From Burkholderiaceae bacterium (lineage in GTDB: Bacteria > Pseudomonadota > Gammaproteobacteria > Burkholderiales > Burkholderiaceae_F): DNA of 25,130 bases. Positions 16,979 through 25,130 of the stretch are shown here, one piece after another. Every line of letters starts with the position of its first letter. The first letter of the stretch is position 1. The notes below the pieces were generated by a model that had not been told where the DNA came from, ran no database searches, and saw only the letters and a list, made by a program, of their open reading frames with translations. The stretch lies in the NCBI GenBank assembly GCA_041751695.1, contig JBGSWX010000156.1, positions 1-25,130 on the forward strand, in the 5' to 3' direction. The translations under genes were made by a program, and so were the position numbers.

Positions 16979-17302
16979 TCAGCGCTCGAGCAGATGGCGC
17001 TTGGCGCTGACGTCCTTCCAGTCGTCGGCGTCGGGCGGATGCGGCTTCATCCGCGTGATCGACGGCCAGCCTTTTGACAGCTCGACGTTCAGTGGAATCC
17101 AGTCGCGCTGGTCTTCGGGTACGTCCTCCTCAGCGTAGATCGCGTTGACCGGACACTCCGGAATGCACACGGCGCAGTCGATGCACTCGTCCGGATCGAT
17201 CGACAGCATGTTCGGTCCCTCGCGGAAGCAATCGACCGGGCACACGTCGACGCAGTCCGTATATTTGCACTTGATGCATGATTCGACGACGACGTGCGTC
17301 AT
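16979..17302 (-). CDS. fdxA: 7Fe ferredoxin, Azotobacter FdI type, 107 aa
   Basis: MTHVVVESCIKCKYTDCVDVCPVDCFREGPNML...DECIDCAVCIPECPVNAI and C-terminal WPSITRMK...ADDWKDV. Confidence 0.95.
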   Translation of the reverse strand: MTHVVVESCIKCKYTDCVDVCPVDCFREGPNMLSIDPDECIDCAVCIPECPVNAIYAEEDVPEDQRDWIPLNVELSKGWPSITRMKPHPPDADDWKDVSAKRHLLER

Positions 17303-17319
17303 CCATGGGCTCCAATGCC

Positions 17320-17351
17320 GCGTTGCTTGCAACGCACAAACCGCTATTCTA
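17320..17351. promoter_or_regulatory. Divergent overlapping promoters with a palindromic putative operator
   Basis: Palindrome GCGTTGC-tt-GCAACGC (17320-17335). Plus strand: TTGCTT (17323-17328), 16-nt spacer, TATTCT (17345-17350). Minus strand: TAGAAT (17351-17346) upstream of fdxA. Confidence 0.5.
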
Positions 17352-17378
17352 GCGTCGCACTTTCATGAGAACGTCTAC

Positions 17379-18599
17379 ATGACTACCCGCCGCCAGGTTC
17401 TCGTTGCTTCCGCTGCTATCGGCGCTACAGCGGGGTTGCCGCTTCGCGCGCGCGCTCAGTCCGTGCCGATCCGCATCGGTGAGATCAACAGCTATTCGAC
17501 GATTCCGCAGTTCACGCTGCCGTATCGGATGGGGTGGCAGCTTGCGGTCGAGGAAGTCAACGCCGCCGGCGGATTGCTCGGGCGCAAAGTCGAAGTGATC
17601 TCGCGCGATGACGCCGGCAAGCCGGAAGACGCGATTCGCCTGGCGACCGAGCTCGTCACGAACGAGCGCGTTGTGTTGGTTACGGGGACGTTCCTGTCGA
17701 ACGTCGGTCTGGCGGTGTCGGACTTCGCTCTGCGCAACAAGATTGTCTTTGTCGCCGCCGAGCCGCTGACCGATGCGCTGGTGTGGGAGAAGGGCAATCG
17801 CTACACGTTTCGGCTGCGGCCGAGCACGTACATGCAGGCCGCGATGCTGGTGGAAGAAGCCGTAAAGCTGCCCGCCAAGCGCTGGGCGACGATCGCGCCG
17901 AACTACGAGTACGGTCAGTCCGCAGTCGCCAACTTCAAGCAGCTGTTGAAAGCCAAGCGGCCCGATGTCGAGTTCGTTGCCGAGCAATGGCCCGCGCTCG
18001 GCAAGCTGGAAGCCGCGAGCACGGTGCAGGCGATCATCGCAGCGCGGCCCGACGCGGTGTTCAATGCAACCTTCGGCGCCGATCTGCCGCGGCTGGTGCG
18101 CGAAGGCAATCTGCGTGGATTATTTCCGCGCGTGCCGGTGGTGAGCCTGTTGTCCGGCGAGCCCGAGTATCTCGATGTATTGAAGGACGAAACGCCGAAG
18201 GGGTGGATCGTCACCGGGTATCCGTGGGATCAGATCTCGACACCGGAGCACTCGAAGTTTTTCAACGCGTACTACAAGCGGACCAACGAGACTCCGCGGC
18301 TGGGCTCGGTGGTCGGTTATGCGACCTTCACCGCGATCTTCGAAGCAATTCGCAAAGCGAAATCCGTGGATACCGAAAAGCTCATCACCGCTCTGCGCGG
18401 GCTGCAGTGGTCGACGCCGTTCGGTCCTGCGCAATTCCGCGCGGTCGATCAGCAGTCGACGATGGGCGCCTACGTCGGCAAGCTCGATTTGCGCGACGGC
18501 AAGGGCACGATGACCGGCTGGCGCTACGCGGACGGCGCGAATTATCTGCCGCCCGAGCGCGAGGTCGCGAAAATGCGGCCGCTTGAAGCGCAGAAGTAG
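17379..18599 (+). CDS. ABC transporter substrate-binding protein, LivJ/LivK (HAAT) type-1 fold, Tat-like signal, 406 aa
   Basis: MTTRRQVL twin-arginine-like leader, IRIGEINSY, AVEEVNAAGGLLGRKVEVISRDD, RYTFRLRP, PNYEYGQS. Confidence 0.9.
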   Translation: MTTRRQVLVASAAIGATAGLPLRARAQSVPIRIGEINSYSTIPQFTLPYRMGWQLAVEEVNAAGGLLGRKVEVISRDDAGKPEDAIRLATELVTNERVVLVTGTFLSNVGLAVSDFALRNKIVFVAAEPLTDALVWEKGNRYTFRLRPSTYMQAAMLVEEAVKLPAKRWATIAPNYEYGQSAVANFKQLLKAKRPDVEFVAEQWPALGKLEAASTVQAIIAARPDAVFNATFGADLPRLVREGNLRGLFPRVPVVSLLSGEPEYLDVLKDETPKGWIVTGYPWDQISTPEHSKFFNAYYKRTNETPRLGSVVGYATFTAIFEAIRKAKSVDTEKLITALRGLQWSTPFGPAQFRAVDQQSTMGAYVGKLDLRDGKGTMTGWRYADGANYLPPEREVAKMRPLEAQK

Positions 18600-18629
18600 C
18601 CGGCGTCCTTCGCAAACTTCGCACCGCCG

Positions 18630-20462
18630 GTGGATCTTTTCCTCGGCCAGTTGATCGCAGGCCTGTCGTACGCCTCGACGTTATTTTTGGTCAGCGCCGG
18701 CCTGACGCTGATTTTTGGTGTCACGCGCGTGGTCAACTTTGCGCACGGCTCGCTGTACATGATCGGCGCGTATCTGGCGTACACGATCACGACGCACCTG
18801 CCAGCCACTTCATTCGGATTCTTCGGCGGGGTGCTGCTGGCCGCGCTCGGCGTTGCCGTCTTCGGCGCGGCGATCGAGATCGTACTGCTCAGACGCATCT
18901 ATGCGTCGCCCGAGATCTTTCAATTGCTTGCCACGTTCGGCGTCGTGCTGATCGTGCAGGACCTCGCGCTGCAGATCTGGGGTCCGGAGGAACTGTTCGC
19001 GCCGCGCGTTCCGGGCTTAAAAGGCAGCGTCGAGATCGCCGGTGCATTTGTGCCGCAATATTCGTTGTTCGTGCTGCTGATCGGCCCCGCGGTATTTGCG
19101 TTTCTATGGTGGCTGCTGAACCGCACGCGCTGGGGCGTCTGGGTTCGCGCATCCTCACAAGACCGCGAGATTTCAAGCGCGCTCGGCCTGAACGAGCCGC
19201 GGCTCTTCACCTCGGTGTTCGCGCTCGGCGCGTTTCTCGCCGGCCTGGCGGGCGCACTGCAAATCCCACGCGAGACCGTCAATCTGCAGATGGATCTGTC
19301 GATTCTGGTCGAAGCGTTTGTGGTCGTCGTGGTGGGTGGGCTCGGATCGGTGACCGGCGCGCTATGGGCGGCGTTGCTAATCGGCTTGCTGCATGCGTTC
19401 GGCACGTTGTGGCTACCGCAGTCAACCCTGGTGCTGATCTTCGTCGTGATGGCAGCAGTGCTGATCGTGCGGCCGCATGGCCTGCTCGGGCGCCCGACCG
19501 CCCCGCACGTCGCACGCGCATCGGCGCACGCGCCATTCGTTCCGCTCGCGCACTACTGGCGTGCGATTGTCGTCGCTGCGCTCGTGACAGCGGTGGTGAT
19601 ACCCGCGCTGATCGGCGACTACGCGATCGTGATCGCCACCGAGATCGCGATTGCTGCACTACTCGCAGCGAGTTTGCATTTCGGCATGGGACTGGGCGGC
19701 ATCATTTCATTTGGGCACGCCGCGTTCTTCGGGCTGGGTGCCTACTCGGTTGCGCTGGCGATCGAACACATCGGCGCGCCGTTTGCGGTTGCGCTGCTGC
19801 TGGCGCCGTTTGCCGCGGGCGTGGTGGCGCTGCTGGTTGGGCGCGTGGTGTTGCGATCACACGGCGTGTACGCGGCGATGCTGACGCTCGCGTTCGCTCA
19901 GATCCTGTGGTCGACCGCGGTGCAGTGGGTCGACGTGACCGGTGGTGATAACGGCTTGCTCGGCCTATGGTCGGTGTTGCCCGCTGCGCTGTCGTCGCCG
20001 ATCGCGTACTACGTGTTGACTCTGCTGATCGTCGTCGTCTCGCTGACAGTGCTGCGGCGGGCTGCACTGGCTCCGTTTGGGTTTGCGCTGCGCGCCACGC
20101 GTGACAGCGCGCCGCGCGCCGAAACGATCGGCATCGACTCGCATCGCACCCGCTGGCTCGCGTTTAGTGCGGGCGGTCTCGCGGCCGGCCTGGCCGGCGC
20201 GCTGCATGCTTTCCACAAGGGGTCAGTGTTTCCCACGTCGCTGTCGATTCCGGTATCGGTCGATGCATTGGTCATGGTGTTGTTGGGCGGAGTGCAGACA
20301 CTCTCGGGTCCGATCGTGGGGGCGCTGGCGTACCACGGGCTGGCCACCGAGCTGACTCGCGTGACGGATCACTGGCGACTGATCCTCGGTCTTGCAATCG
20401 TGCTGCTGGCGGCGGCGTTTCCGGAAGGCATCGTCGGGTTCTTGCGGCGCCGGGTGCGATGA
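18630..20462 (+). CDS. Fused LivH-LivM ABC permease, 610 aa
   Basis: GLTLIFGVTRVVNFAHGSLYMIGAY (LivH-like half), ISFGHAAFFGLGAY, TGGDNGL and VLLGGVQTLSGPIVGA (LivM-like half); multiple hydrophobic segments. Confidence 0.9.
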   Translation: MDLFLGQLIAGLSYASTLFLVSAGLTLIFGVTRVVNFAHGSLYMIGAYLAYTITTHLPATSFGFFGGVLLAALGVAVFGAAIEIVLLRRIYASPEIFQLLATFGVVLIVQDLALQIWGPEELFAPRVPGLKGSVEIAGAFVPQYSLFVLLIGPAVFAFLWWLLNRTRWGVWVRASSQDREISSALGLNEPRLFTSVFALGAFLAGLAGALQIPRETVNLQMDLSILVEAFVVVVVGGLGSVTGALWAALLIGLLHAFGTLWLPQSTLVLIFVVMAAVLIVRPHGLLGRPTAPHVARASAHAPFVPLAHYWRAIVVAALVTAVVIPALIGDYAIVIATEIAIAALLAASLHFGMGLGGIISFGHAAFFGLGAYSVALAIEHIGAPFAVALLLAPFAAGVVALLVGRVVLRSHGVYAAMLTLAFAQILWSTAVQWVDVTGGDNGLLGLWSVLPAALSSPIAYYVLTLLIVVVSLTVLRRAALAPFGFALRATRDSAPRAETIGIDSHRTRWLAFSAGGLAAGLAGALHAFHKGSVFPTSLSIPVSVDALVMVLLGGVQTLSGPIVGALAYHGLATELTRVTDHWRLILGLAIVLLAAAFPEGIVGFLRRRVR

Positions 20463-21202
20463 GCTTGCTGATCGTCGATCGATTGCAAAAAAGCTTTGGC
20501 GGGGTGCGCGCACTCGACGGCGTGTCCTTTGGTCTCGACGCGAGTGATCTCGCTGCACTGATCGGGCCCAACGGCGCTGGGAAATCCACGCTGTTCAATT
20601 TGATCGACGGCCAGCTTGCGCCCGATGCAGGCACGGTGAAATACGACGGGCAGCCGATCGCGGCGCTCGCGACGGCCGAACGCACGCGACGCGGCATCGG
20701 CCGCACGTTTCAAGTGGCACAGATTTTCGGCACGATGACCGCGCTGCAGAACGCGCAGCTTGCGATCGCCGCCGCACGCGGTGAAGCGCAACGAATCGGT
20801 GGGCCGCTGTGGAATCTGCATGTGCCGGCGGCGCGTTCGCTGCTGTCACAAGTTGGACTTGAGGCGCGCGCATCCACGGCCGCGGGGGAGCTCGCCTACG
20901 GAGATTCGAAGCGGCTCGAGCTCGCGCTCGCGCTCGCCGGCCAGCCGCGGCTGTTGCTGATGGACGAGCCCACCGCCGGGATGGCGCCGGCCGAGCGCAC
21001 GGTACTGATGCAGCTCGTCACTTCGCTCGCGCGCGAGCGTTCAATGGCCGTACTGTTTACCGAGCACAGCATGGACGTCGTGTTCGGTTTTGCACAACGC
21101 GTGCTGGTGATGTCGCAGGGGCGATTGATCGCCGACGGTGCGCCCGAGGACGTTCGCGTCGATCCCGAGGTTCGGCGTGTTTATCTGGGCGCAGAAACAT
21201 GA
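20459..21202 (+). CDS. ABC ATP-binding protein, LivG-like, 247 aa
   Basis: GPNGAGKST, GIGRTFQ, LAYGDSKRLELALAL, LLMDEPTAGM, TEHSMD, VRRVYLG. Confidence 0.92.
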   Translation: MSLLIVDRLQKSFGGVRALDGVSFGLDASDLAALIGPNGAGKSTLFNLIDGQLAPDAGTVKYDGQPIAALATAERTRRGIGRTFQVAQIFGTMTALQNAQLAIAAARGEAQRIGGPLWNLHVPAARSLLSQVGLEARASTAAGELAYGDSKRLELALALAGQPRLLLMDEPTAGMAPAERTVLMQLVTSLARERSMAVLFTEHSMDVVFGFAQRVLVMSQGRLIADGAPEDVRVDPEVRRVYLGAET

Positions 21203-21927
21203 GCCCGGCGCTCGAGCTGCGCAGCGTGTCGGCCTGGTACGGTCGCGCGCAGGTGCTGTTCGATGTAAATCTCTCGCTCGCCGGCGGCGAGGTCGTCGCG
21301 TTGATCGGCCGCAACGGCGCCGGCAAGACCTCGCTGCTGCGCGCAGCGATGGGGTTGATGCCGCGCGTGTCGGGGAGAGTCTGGCTTGACGGCACCGACA
21401 TCACTCGCGAGCCAGCATTTCGCCGGGCTCAACACGGACTCGGCTACGTGCCCGAGGATCGGCGCATCTTTACGGATCTGACGGTCGTGGAAAATCTGCG
21501 CATTGCCGCACGACTATCGCCCGACGGATTCACCGAGCGCGAGTTGTTGACGCTGTTTCCCAATCTGGCCGAGATGCTCGATCGGCCGGCCAGCGAAATG
21601 AGCGGCGGCGAGCAGCAGATGCTTGCGGTCGCTCGCACGCTGGCGGCGAACCCGCGTGTCGTGTTGCTCGATGAACCGTCGGAAGGCATCGCTCCGATGG
21701 TGGTTGCGAAGATGCGAGACGCCGTGCTCGCGATGAAGTCGCGTGGAGTGGCAACGTTTGTGTCCGAACAGAACGTGCGCTTTGTCGCGGCGATTGCCGA
21801 CCGTGCCGTGCTGATGGAGCAGGGCAGGCTGGTCGGCTCGGCAACGCGCGAGCAGCTTGCGGCGCCGAGCGAAGCGGTGCAGCGTGTTCTCGGGCTCGGC
21901 AAGACGGCACCTACAATCTATCGATGA
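21199..21927 (+). CDS. ABC ATP-binding protein, LivF-like, 242 aa
   Basis: [46 protein letters not shown]. Confidence 0.92.
   Translation: MSPALELRSVSAWYGRAQVLFDVNLSLAGGEVVALIGRNGAGKTSLLRAAMGLMPRVSGRVWLDGTDITREPAFRRAQHGLGYVPEDRRIFTDLTVVENLRIAARLSPDGFTERELLTLFPNLAEMLDRPASEMSGGEQQMLAVARTLAANPRVVLLDEPSEGIAPMVVAKMRDAVLAMKSRGVATFVSEQNVRFVAAIADRAVLMEQGRLVGSATREQLAAPSEAVQRVLGLGKTAPTIYR
21912..21917 (+). promoter_or_regulatory. Possible internal -10 (TACAAT) for a leaderless pncB transcript
   Basis: TACAAT is separated from the pncB ATG (21924) by 6 nt and lies inside the livF-like 3' end; no clear -35. Confidence 0.35.
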
Positions 21928-23114
21928 TCATCACCTCTCTGCTCGACACCGATCTGTACAAGTTCACGATGATGCAGGTCGTGCTGCATCATTTTCCGGG
22001 TGCCAGCGTCGAATACCGCTTCAAGTGCCGCAATGCCGGGATCGACCTGGTGCCGCACATCGAAGCGGTTTGCAACGAGATCGATTCGCTGTGCGAGCTG
22101 CGGTTTCGAGACTCCGAGCTTCAGTATCTGCGCGGGCTGCGTTTTATCAAAAGTGATTTCGTCGACTTTCTCGGCCTGTTTCAGCTGAACACCAAATACA
22201 TCACGGTGGCCCCGTCGCCGCTCGACAACGGCGAGATCGACATCGTCATTCGCGGGCCGTGGCTGCATACGATTCTGTTCGAGATCCCCGTGCTGGCGAT
22301 CGTCAACGAGGTCTACTTCCGCGCGCAGCAAAAGGCGGCGGATTTCGACGAAGGGAGGCGCCGACTGCACGCCAAGATCGAGCTGTTAAATGGCGATCCG
22401 GGACTCGACGGCGTGCGAATCGCCGATTACGGGACGCGCCGCAGATTCTCACGCCACTGGCACGAGGAGGTTCTACTGCAGTTGAAGAAAACGCTCGGCG
22501 ACAAACTCGCGGGTACCAGCAACGTGATGTACGCGGCGATGCACGGCATGACGCCGCTGGGCACGATGGCGCACGAGTATCTGCAGGCGTGCCAGGCGCT
22601 CGGCCCGCGCCTGCGTGACTCGCAAACGTTCGGCTTCGAGATGTGGGCGCGCGAGTATCGAGGCGACTTGGGTATCGCGTTGTCCGACGTCTACGGCATG
22701 GATGCGTTCCTGCGCGACTTCGACATGTACTTTTGCAAGCTGTTCGACGGCGCGCGGCATGATTCGGCAGATCCTTTCGCATGGGGCGAGCGCTTGATTG
22801 CGCATTACCAGCGCAACCGGGTCGACCCCAAAACCAAGGTCCTGGTGTTTTCCGACTCGCTGACGATTCCGAAAGTGATCGAGCTTTATCAGCGGTTTCG
22901 CGATCGCGCGCGCACCGCCTTCGGCGTCGGCACCAATCTGACCAACGATGTCGGCTACACGCCGCTGCAGATCGTGATCAAACTGGTTCGATGCAACGGC
23001 CAGCCGGTGGCCAAGCTGTCGGACTCGCCGGACAAGAACATGTGCGACGATCAGGCGTACCTGGCCTATCTGCGGCAGGTGTTCGAGATTGCACCGGCAG
23101 TGACTTCCCAATAG
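21924..23114 (+). CDS. pncB: Nicotinate phosphoribosyltransferase, 396 aa
   Basis: [35 protein letters not shown] (phospho-His region), [34 protein letters not shown]. Confidence 0.97.
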   Translation: MIITSLLDTDLYKFTMMQVVLHHFPGASVEYRFKCRNAGIDLVPHIEAVCNEIDSLCELRFRDSELQYLRGLRFIKSDFVDFLGLFQLNTKYITVAPSPLDNGEIDIVIRGPWLHTILFEIPVLAIVNEVYFRAQQKAADFDEGRRRLHAKIELLNGDPGLDGVRIADYGTRRRFSRHWHEEVLLQLKKTLGDKLAGTSNVMYAAMHGMTPLGTMAHEYLQACQALGPRLRDSQTFGFEMWAREYRGDLGIALSDVYGMDAFLRDFDMYFCKLFDGARHDSADPFAWGERLIAHYQRNRVDPKTKVLVFSDSLTIPKVIELYQRFRDRARTAFGVGTNLTNDVGYTPLQIVIKLVRCNGQPVAKLSDSPDKNMCDDQAYLAYLRQVFEIAPAVTSQ

Positions 23115-23120
23115 AGCTCC

Positions 23121-24323
23121 ATGCAGCGCCTGTCCCGCCGCGCCGACGCGCTCGGCACCGAGAATGCATTCGTCGTGCTGGCCGAAGTGAACCGGCTGAT
23201 CGGCGCGGGGCGCGACATCGTCTCGTTCTGCATCGGCCAGCCTGATTTTCCGACGCCGATTCACATCCAGGACGCAGCGGTCGAAGCTGTGCGCGGCGGC
23301 AAGCACGGCTACACGCCCTCCGCCGGTATCGACGAGCTGCGCGCAGCGGCGGCGAAGTCGATGGGCGCACTGCGCGGGCTGCAGATCGCCCCCGACGAGG
23401 TTGTCGTCGGCGCCGGCGCCAAGCCCTTTATCGCGTACACGATTGCATCGGTGACCGACTACGGCGCCGGCGACGAAGTGATTTTCCCGGTGCCGGGGTT
23501 TCCGATTTACGAATCGCAGATCGTTGCCAACGGCGCGGTGCCGGTGGCATTGCCGCTGTCGGAGTCGCGCGGCTTTGCATTCGACCCGGCCGAGCTCGCG
23601 GCGCGGATCGGCCCAAAAACGCGGCTGCTGATTCTGAACACGCCGCACAACCCGACCGGAGGGTTGCTGTCGCGCCGTGATCTGGATGCGATTGCAGAAG
23701 TGCTGCGCGCGCATCCGCAGGTATGGATTTATGCCGACGAGATCTACAGCAAGCTCGTGTACGACGGTGAATTCAGTTCGATTGCGGCGCTGCCCGGCAT
23801 GCGCGAACGAACGATCATCTCGGACGGCGCATCGAAAACGTATGCGATGACGGGATGGCGCATCGGTTTTGTAGCCAATGAGATTCTGGCGCCGGTTTTT
23901 ACACGCTGGATCACGAATACCGAATCGTGCGCGTCGCAAATCAGCCAATGGGCGGTGGTTGCAGCGCTGACGGGGCCGCAGGATGAAGCCGCGCGCATGA
24001 GGCAGCGCTTTCAGCAACGCCGCGACTTGATCGTGCGGCTGCTCAACGCGTTGCCGGGATTTCGCTGCGCGGCGCCGGGTGGCGCGTTCTACGCCTGGCC
24101 CAACGTGACGGAAGCGTGTGCCATCGTCGGCGCCAAGGATTCGGAAGAGCTGCGAACGCGGTTGCTGCACGAGGCCGGCGTTGCCGTGCTGGCCGACATT
24201 CACTTCGGGCCGCGCGTGGAAGCAGATGGCCAGCACATTCGCTTTTCTTATGCGGCCAGCGAAGCGGCAATCGAAGAGGGCGTTCGCCGCATCGATGCGT
24301 TCATGCGCAAGGCACGCCGATGA
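23121..24323 (+). CDS. Class I/II PLP-dependent aminotransferase (AspC/AatA-like), 400 aa
   Basis: IGQPDFPTP, GYTPSAGIDELR, NTPHNPTG, ADEIY, SKTYAMTGWRIG (PLP lysine), GGAFYAWP, IRFSYA. Confidence 0.92.
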   Translation: MQRLSRRADALGTENAFVVLAEVNRLIGAGRDIVSFCIGQPDFPTPIHIQDAAVEAVRGGKHGYTPSAGIDELRAAAAKSMGALRGLQIAPDEVVVGAGAKPFIAYTIASVTDYGAGDEVIFPVPGFPIYESQIVANGAVPVALPLSESRGFAFDPAELAARIGPKTRLLILNTPHNPTGGLLSRRDLDAIAEVLRAHPQVWIYADEIYSKLVYDGEFSSIAALPGMRERTIISDGASKTYAMTGWRIGFVANEILAPVFTRWITNTESCASQISQWAVVAALTGPQDEAARMRQRFQQRRDLIVRLLNALPGFRCAAPGGAFYAWPNVTEACAIVGAKDSEELRTRLLHEAGVAVLADIHFGPRVEADGQHIRFSYAASEAAIEEGVRRIDAFMRKARR

Positions 24324-25015
24324 CGCTGGACACCGCTAAAGCACGCGCATCGATATTTCAGCGCATTCGCGCGCAGCAGGGTCGCAGCGCGGCTGCGGCG
24401 GCGCACGAGCAAGTCGAGATCGACGCCTACATCGCGCAGCATCCGTCGGGTCCGCGCCCCGTACTGCCGAGCGATTTGAAGCAGCGATTCCGCGCGATGG
24501 CCGAGCGGATGTCAAGCACGGTCGACGAAGTCGCGAAGATCGACGAGGCACCGGCCGCGGTCGCGCGCTATCTCGCCGCGCAATTTCTACAGTCGCGCGC
24601 GGTCGTCTGGCCGGCCTTAGCCCATCTCGACTGGAGCGGCGCCAGCATCGGAGTTGAAGCGCGTGCGCCGAAGCGCGATGAATCCGGCGGCGCCGACCTG
24701 GTCGGCATTACAGGTTGCTACTGCGCGCTCGCAGAAACCGGCACGCTCGTGCTGCTGTCAGGCGCGCGAACGATCGCGTCCACGCATCTGCTGCCGGAGA
24801 CGCACATTGCCATCGTTGCCGCGTCGCGCATCGTCGCCGGAATGGAGGATGCCTTTGCGCTGATGCGCGCCGAAAGAAGCGGCTCCGGCGCCATGATGCC
24901 GCGTGCGATTAACATGGTGTCCGGCCCGTCGCGCACCGGCGATATTGAACAGACGATCGTGCTCGGTGCGCACGGTCCATATCGAGTTCATATCATCGTT
25001 GCCACATCGGATTGA
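24320..25015 (+). CDS. LutC/YkgG (LUD-domain) protein, 231 aa
   Basis: GITGCYCALAETGTLVL, LLPETHIAIV, SGPSRTGDIEQTIVLGAHGP; ATGA overlap with the aminotransferase stop. Confidence 0.88.
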   Translation: MTLDTAKARASIFQRIRAQQGRSAAAAAHEQVEIDAYIAQHPSGPRPVLPSDLKQRFRAMAERMSSTVDEVAKIDEAPAAVARYLAAQFLQSRAVVWPALAHLDWSGASIGVEARAPKRDESGGADLVGITGCYCALAETGTLVLLSGARTIASTHLLPETHIAIVAASRIVAGMEDAFALMRAERSGSGAMMPRAINMVSGPSRTGDIEQTIVLGAHGPYRVHIIVATSD

Positions 25016-25019
25016 CGCC

Positions 25020-25130
25020 TTGACTCGCCATCTTCTAGTTGCATTGCCGCTGCTCGCGCCATCGATCGCGTTAGCCGCGGGCGGTGCGTTTGCCGGACCG
25101 GTGATCGCCGGCATTCCGGTCGAGTTCATC
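25020..25130 (+). CDS. 5' fragment of a membrane protein, possibly an ion-transporter-superfamily (citrate/Na+:H+ antiporter-like) permease; runs off the window
   Basis: TTG 4 nt after the LutC-like stop opens MTRHLLVALPLLAPSIALAAGGAFAGPVIAGIPVEFI. The signal-like hydrophobic start and GIPVEFI resemble N-termini I recall from such permeases; only 37 codons are visible. Confidence 0.5.
   Translation, partial: MTRHLLVALPLLAPSIALAAGGAFAGPVIAGIPVEFI

Noticed and set aside
17145-17378. ORF-track N-terminal extension of the binding protein (also extended starts at 6180, 12241, 12942, 15742, 17332 and 24116)
   Set aside because: Most of these extensions overlap neighbouring genes or promoter elements. 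The downstream ATGs give ATGA/TGATG coupling, signal peptides or family-typical N-termini.
17303-17378. NAD-related riboswitch or known NAD-regulator box upstream of the ABC-pncB operon
   Set aside because: The gap is only 76 bp and largely occupied by promoter-like elements; I see no structure or consensus assignable to a named family. An Rfam/Infernal scan would settle it.
1-25130. rRNA, tRNA, transposase, integrase, prophage or anti-phage defence genes
   Set aside because: Nearly all sequence is accounted for by intact CDS, and the remaining gaps are under 170 bp with no cloverleaf or att-like features. The MoxR-VWA pair resembles a chromosomal housekeeping subfamily rather than a defence island.

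Overview
GC-rich chromosomal window with a betaproteobacterial (Burkholderiales-like) gene complement. It is very compact, with about 24 CDS, most joined by ATGA/TGATG overlaps. Left to right: (1) htpG and a hypoxanthine/uracil-DNA glycosylase; (2) two paralogous ~800-aa DUF1631-like proteins flanking a spermidine-synthase-fold SAM-binding protein, followed by an orphan PilB/GspE-type ATPase; (3) a minus-strand MoxR AAA-GNAT-GFA-VWA operon, divergent from two single-haem cytochromes c; (4) a minus-strand fdxA-phaZ-rnfB-nth operon; (5) a plus-strand LIV/HAAT-type ABC transporter coupled to pncB, a PLP aminotransferase, a LutC-like protein and a truncated membrane protein. No rRNA, tRNA, CRISPR array or transposase is visible. 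Best leads: the ABC transporter as a candidate niacin importer feeding NAD salvage; the DUF1631x2/methyltransferase/PilB-like module; and two small non-coding insertion elements at gene junctions of that module. These are a 162-bp TA-flanked MITE at 5143-5308 whose removal restores a TAA-GTG abutting junction, and an ATGAG-anchored palindromic repeat at 8612-8738 that encodes a 40-aa bridge ORF preserving translational coupling. Family and synteny statements come from recalled knowledge, not from searches.
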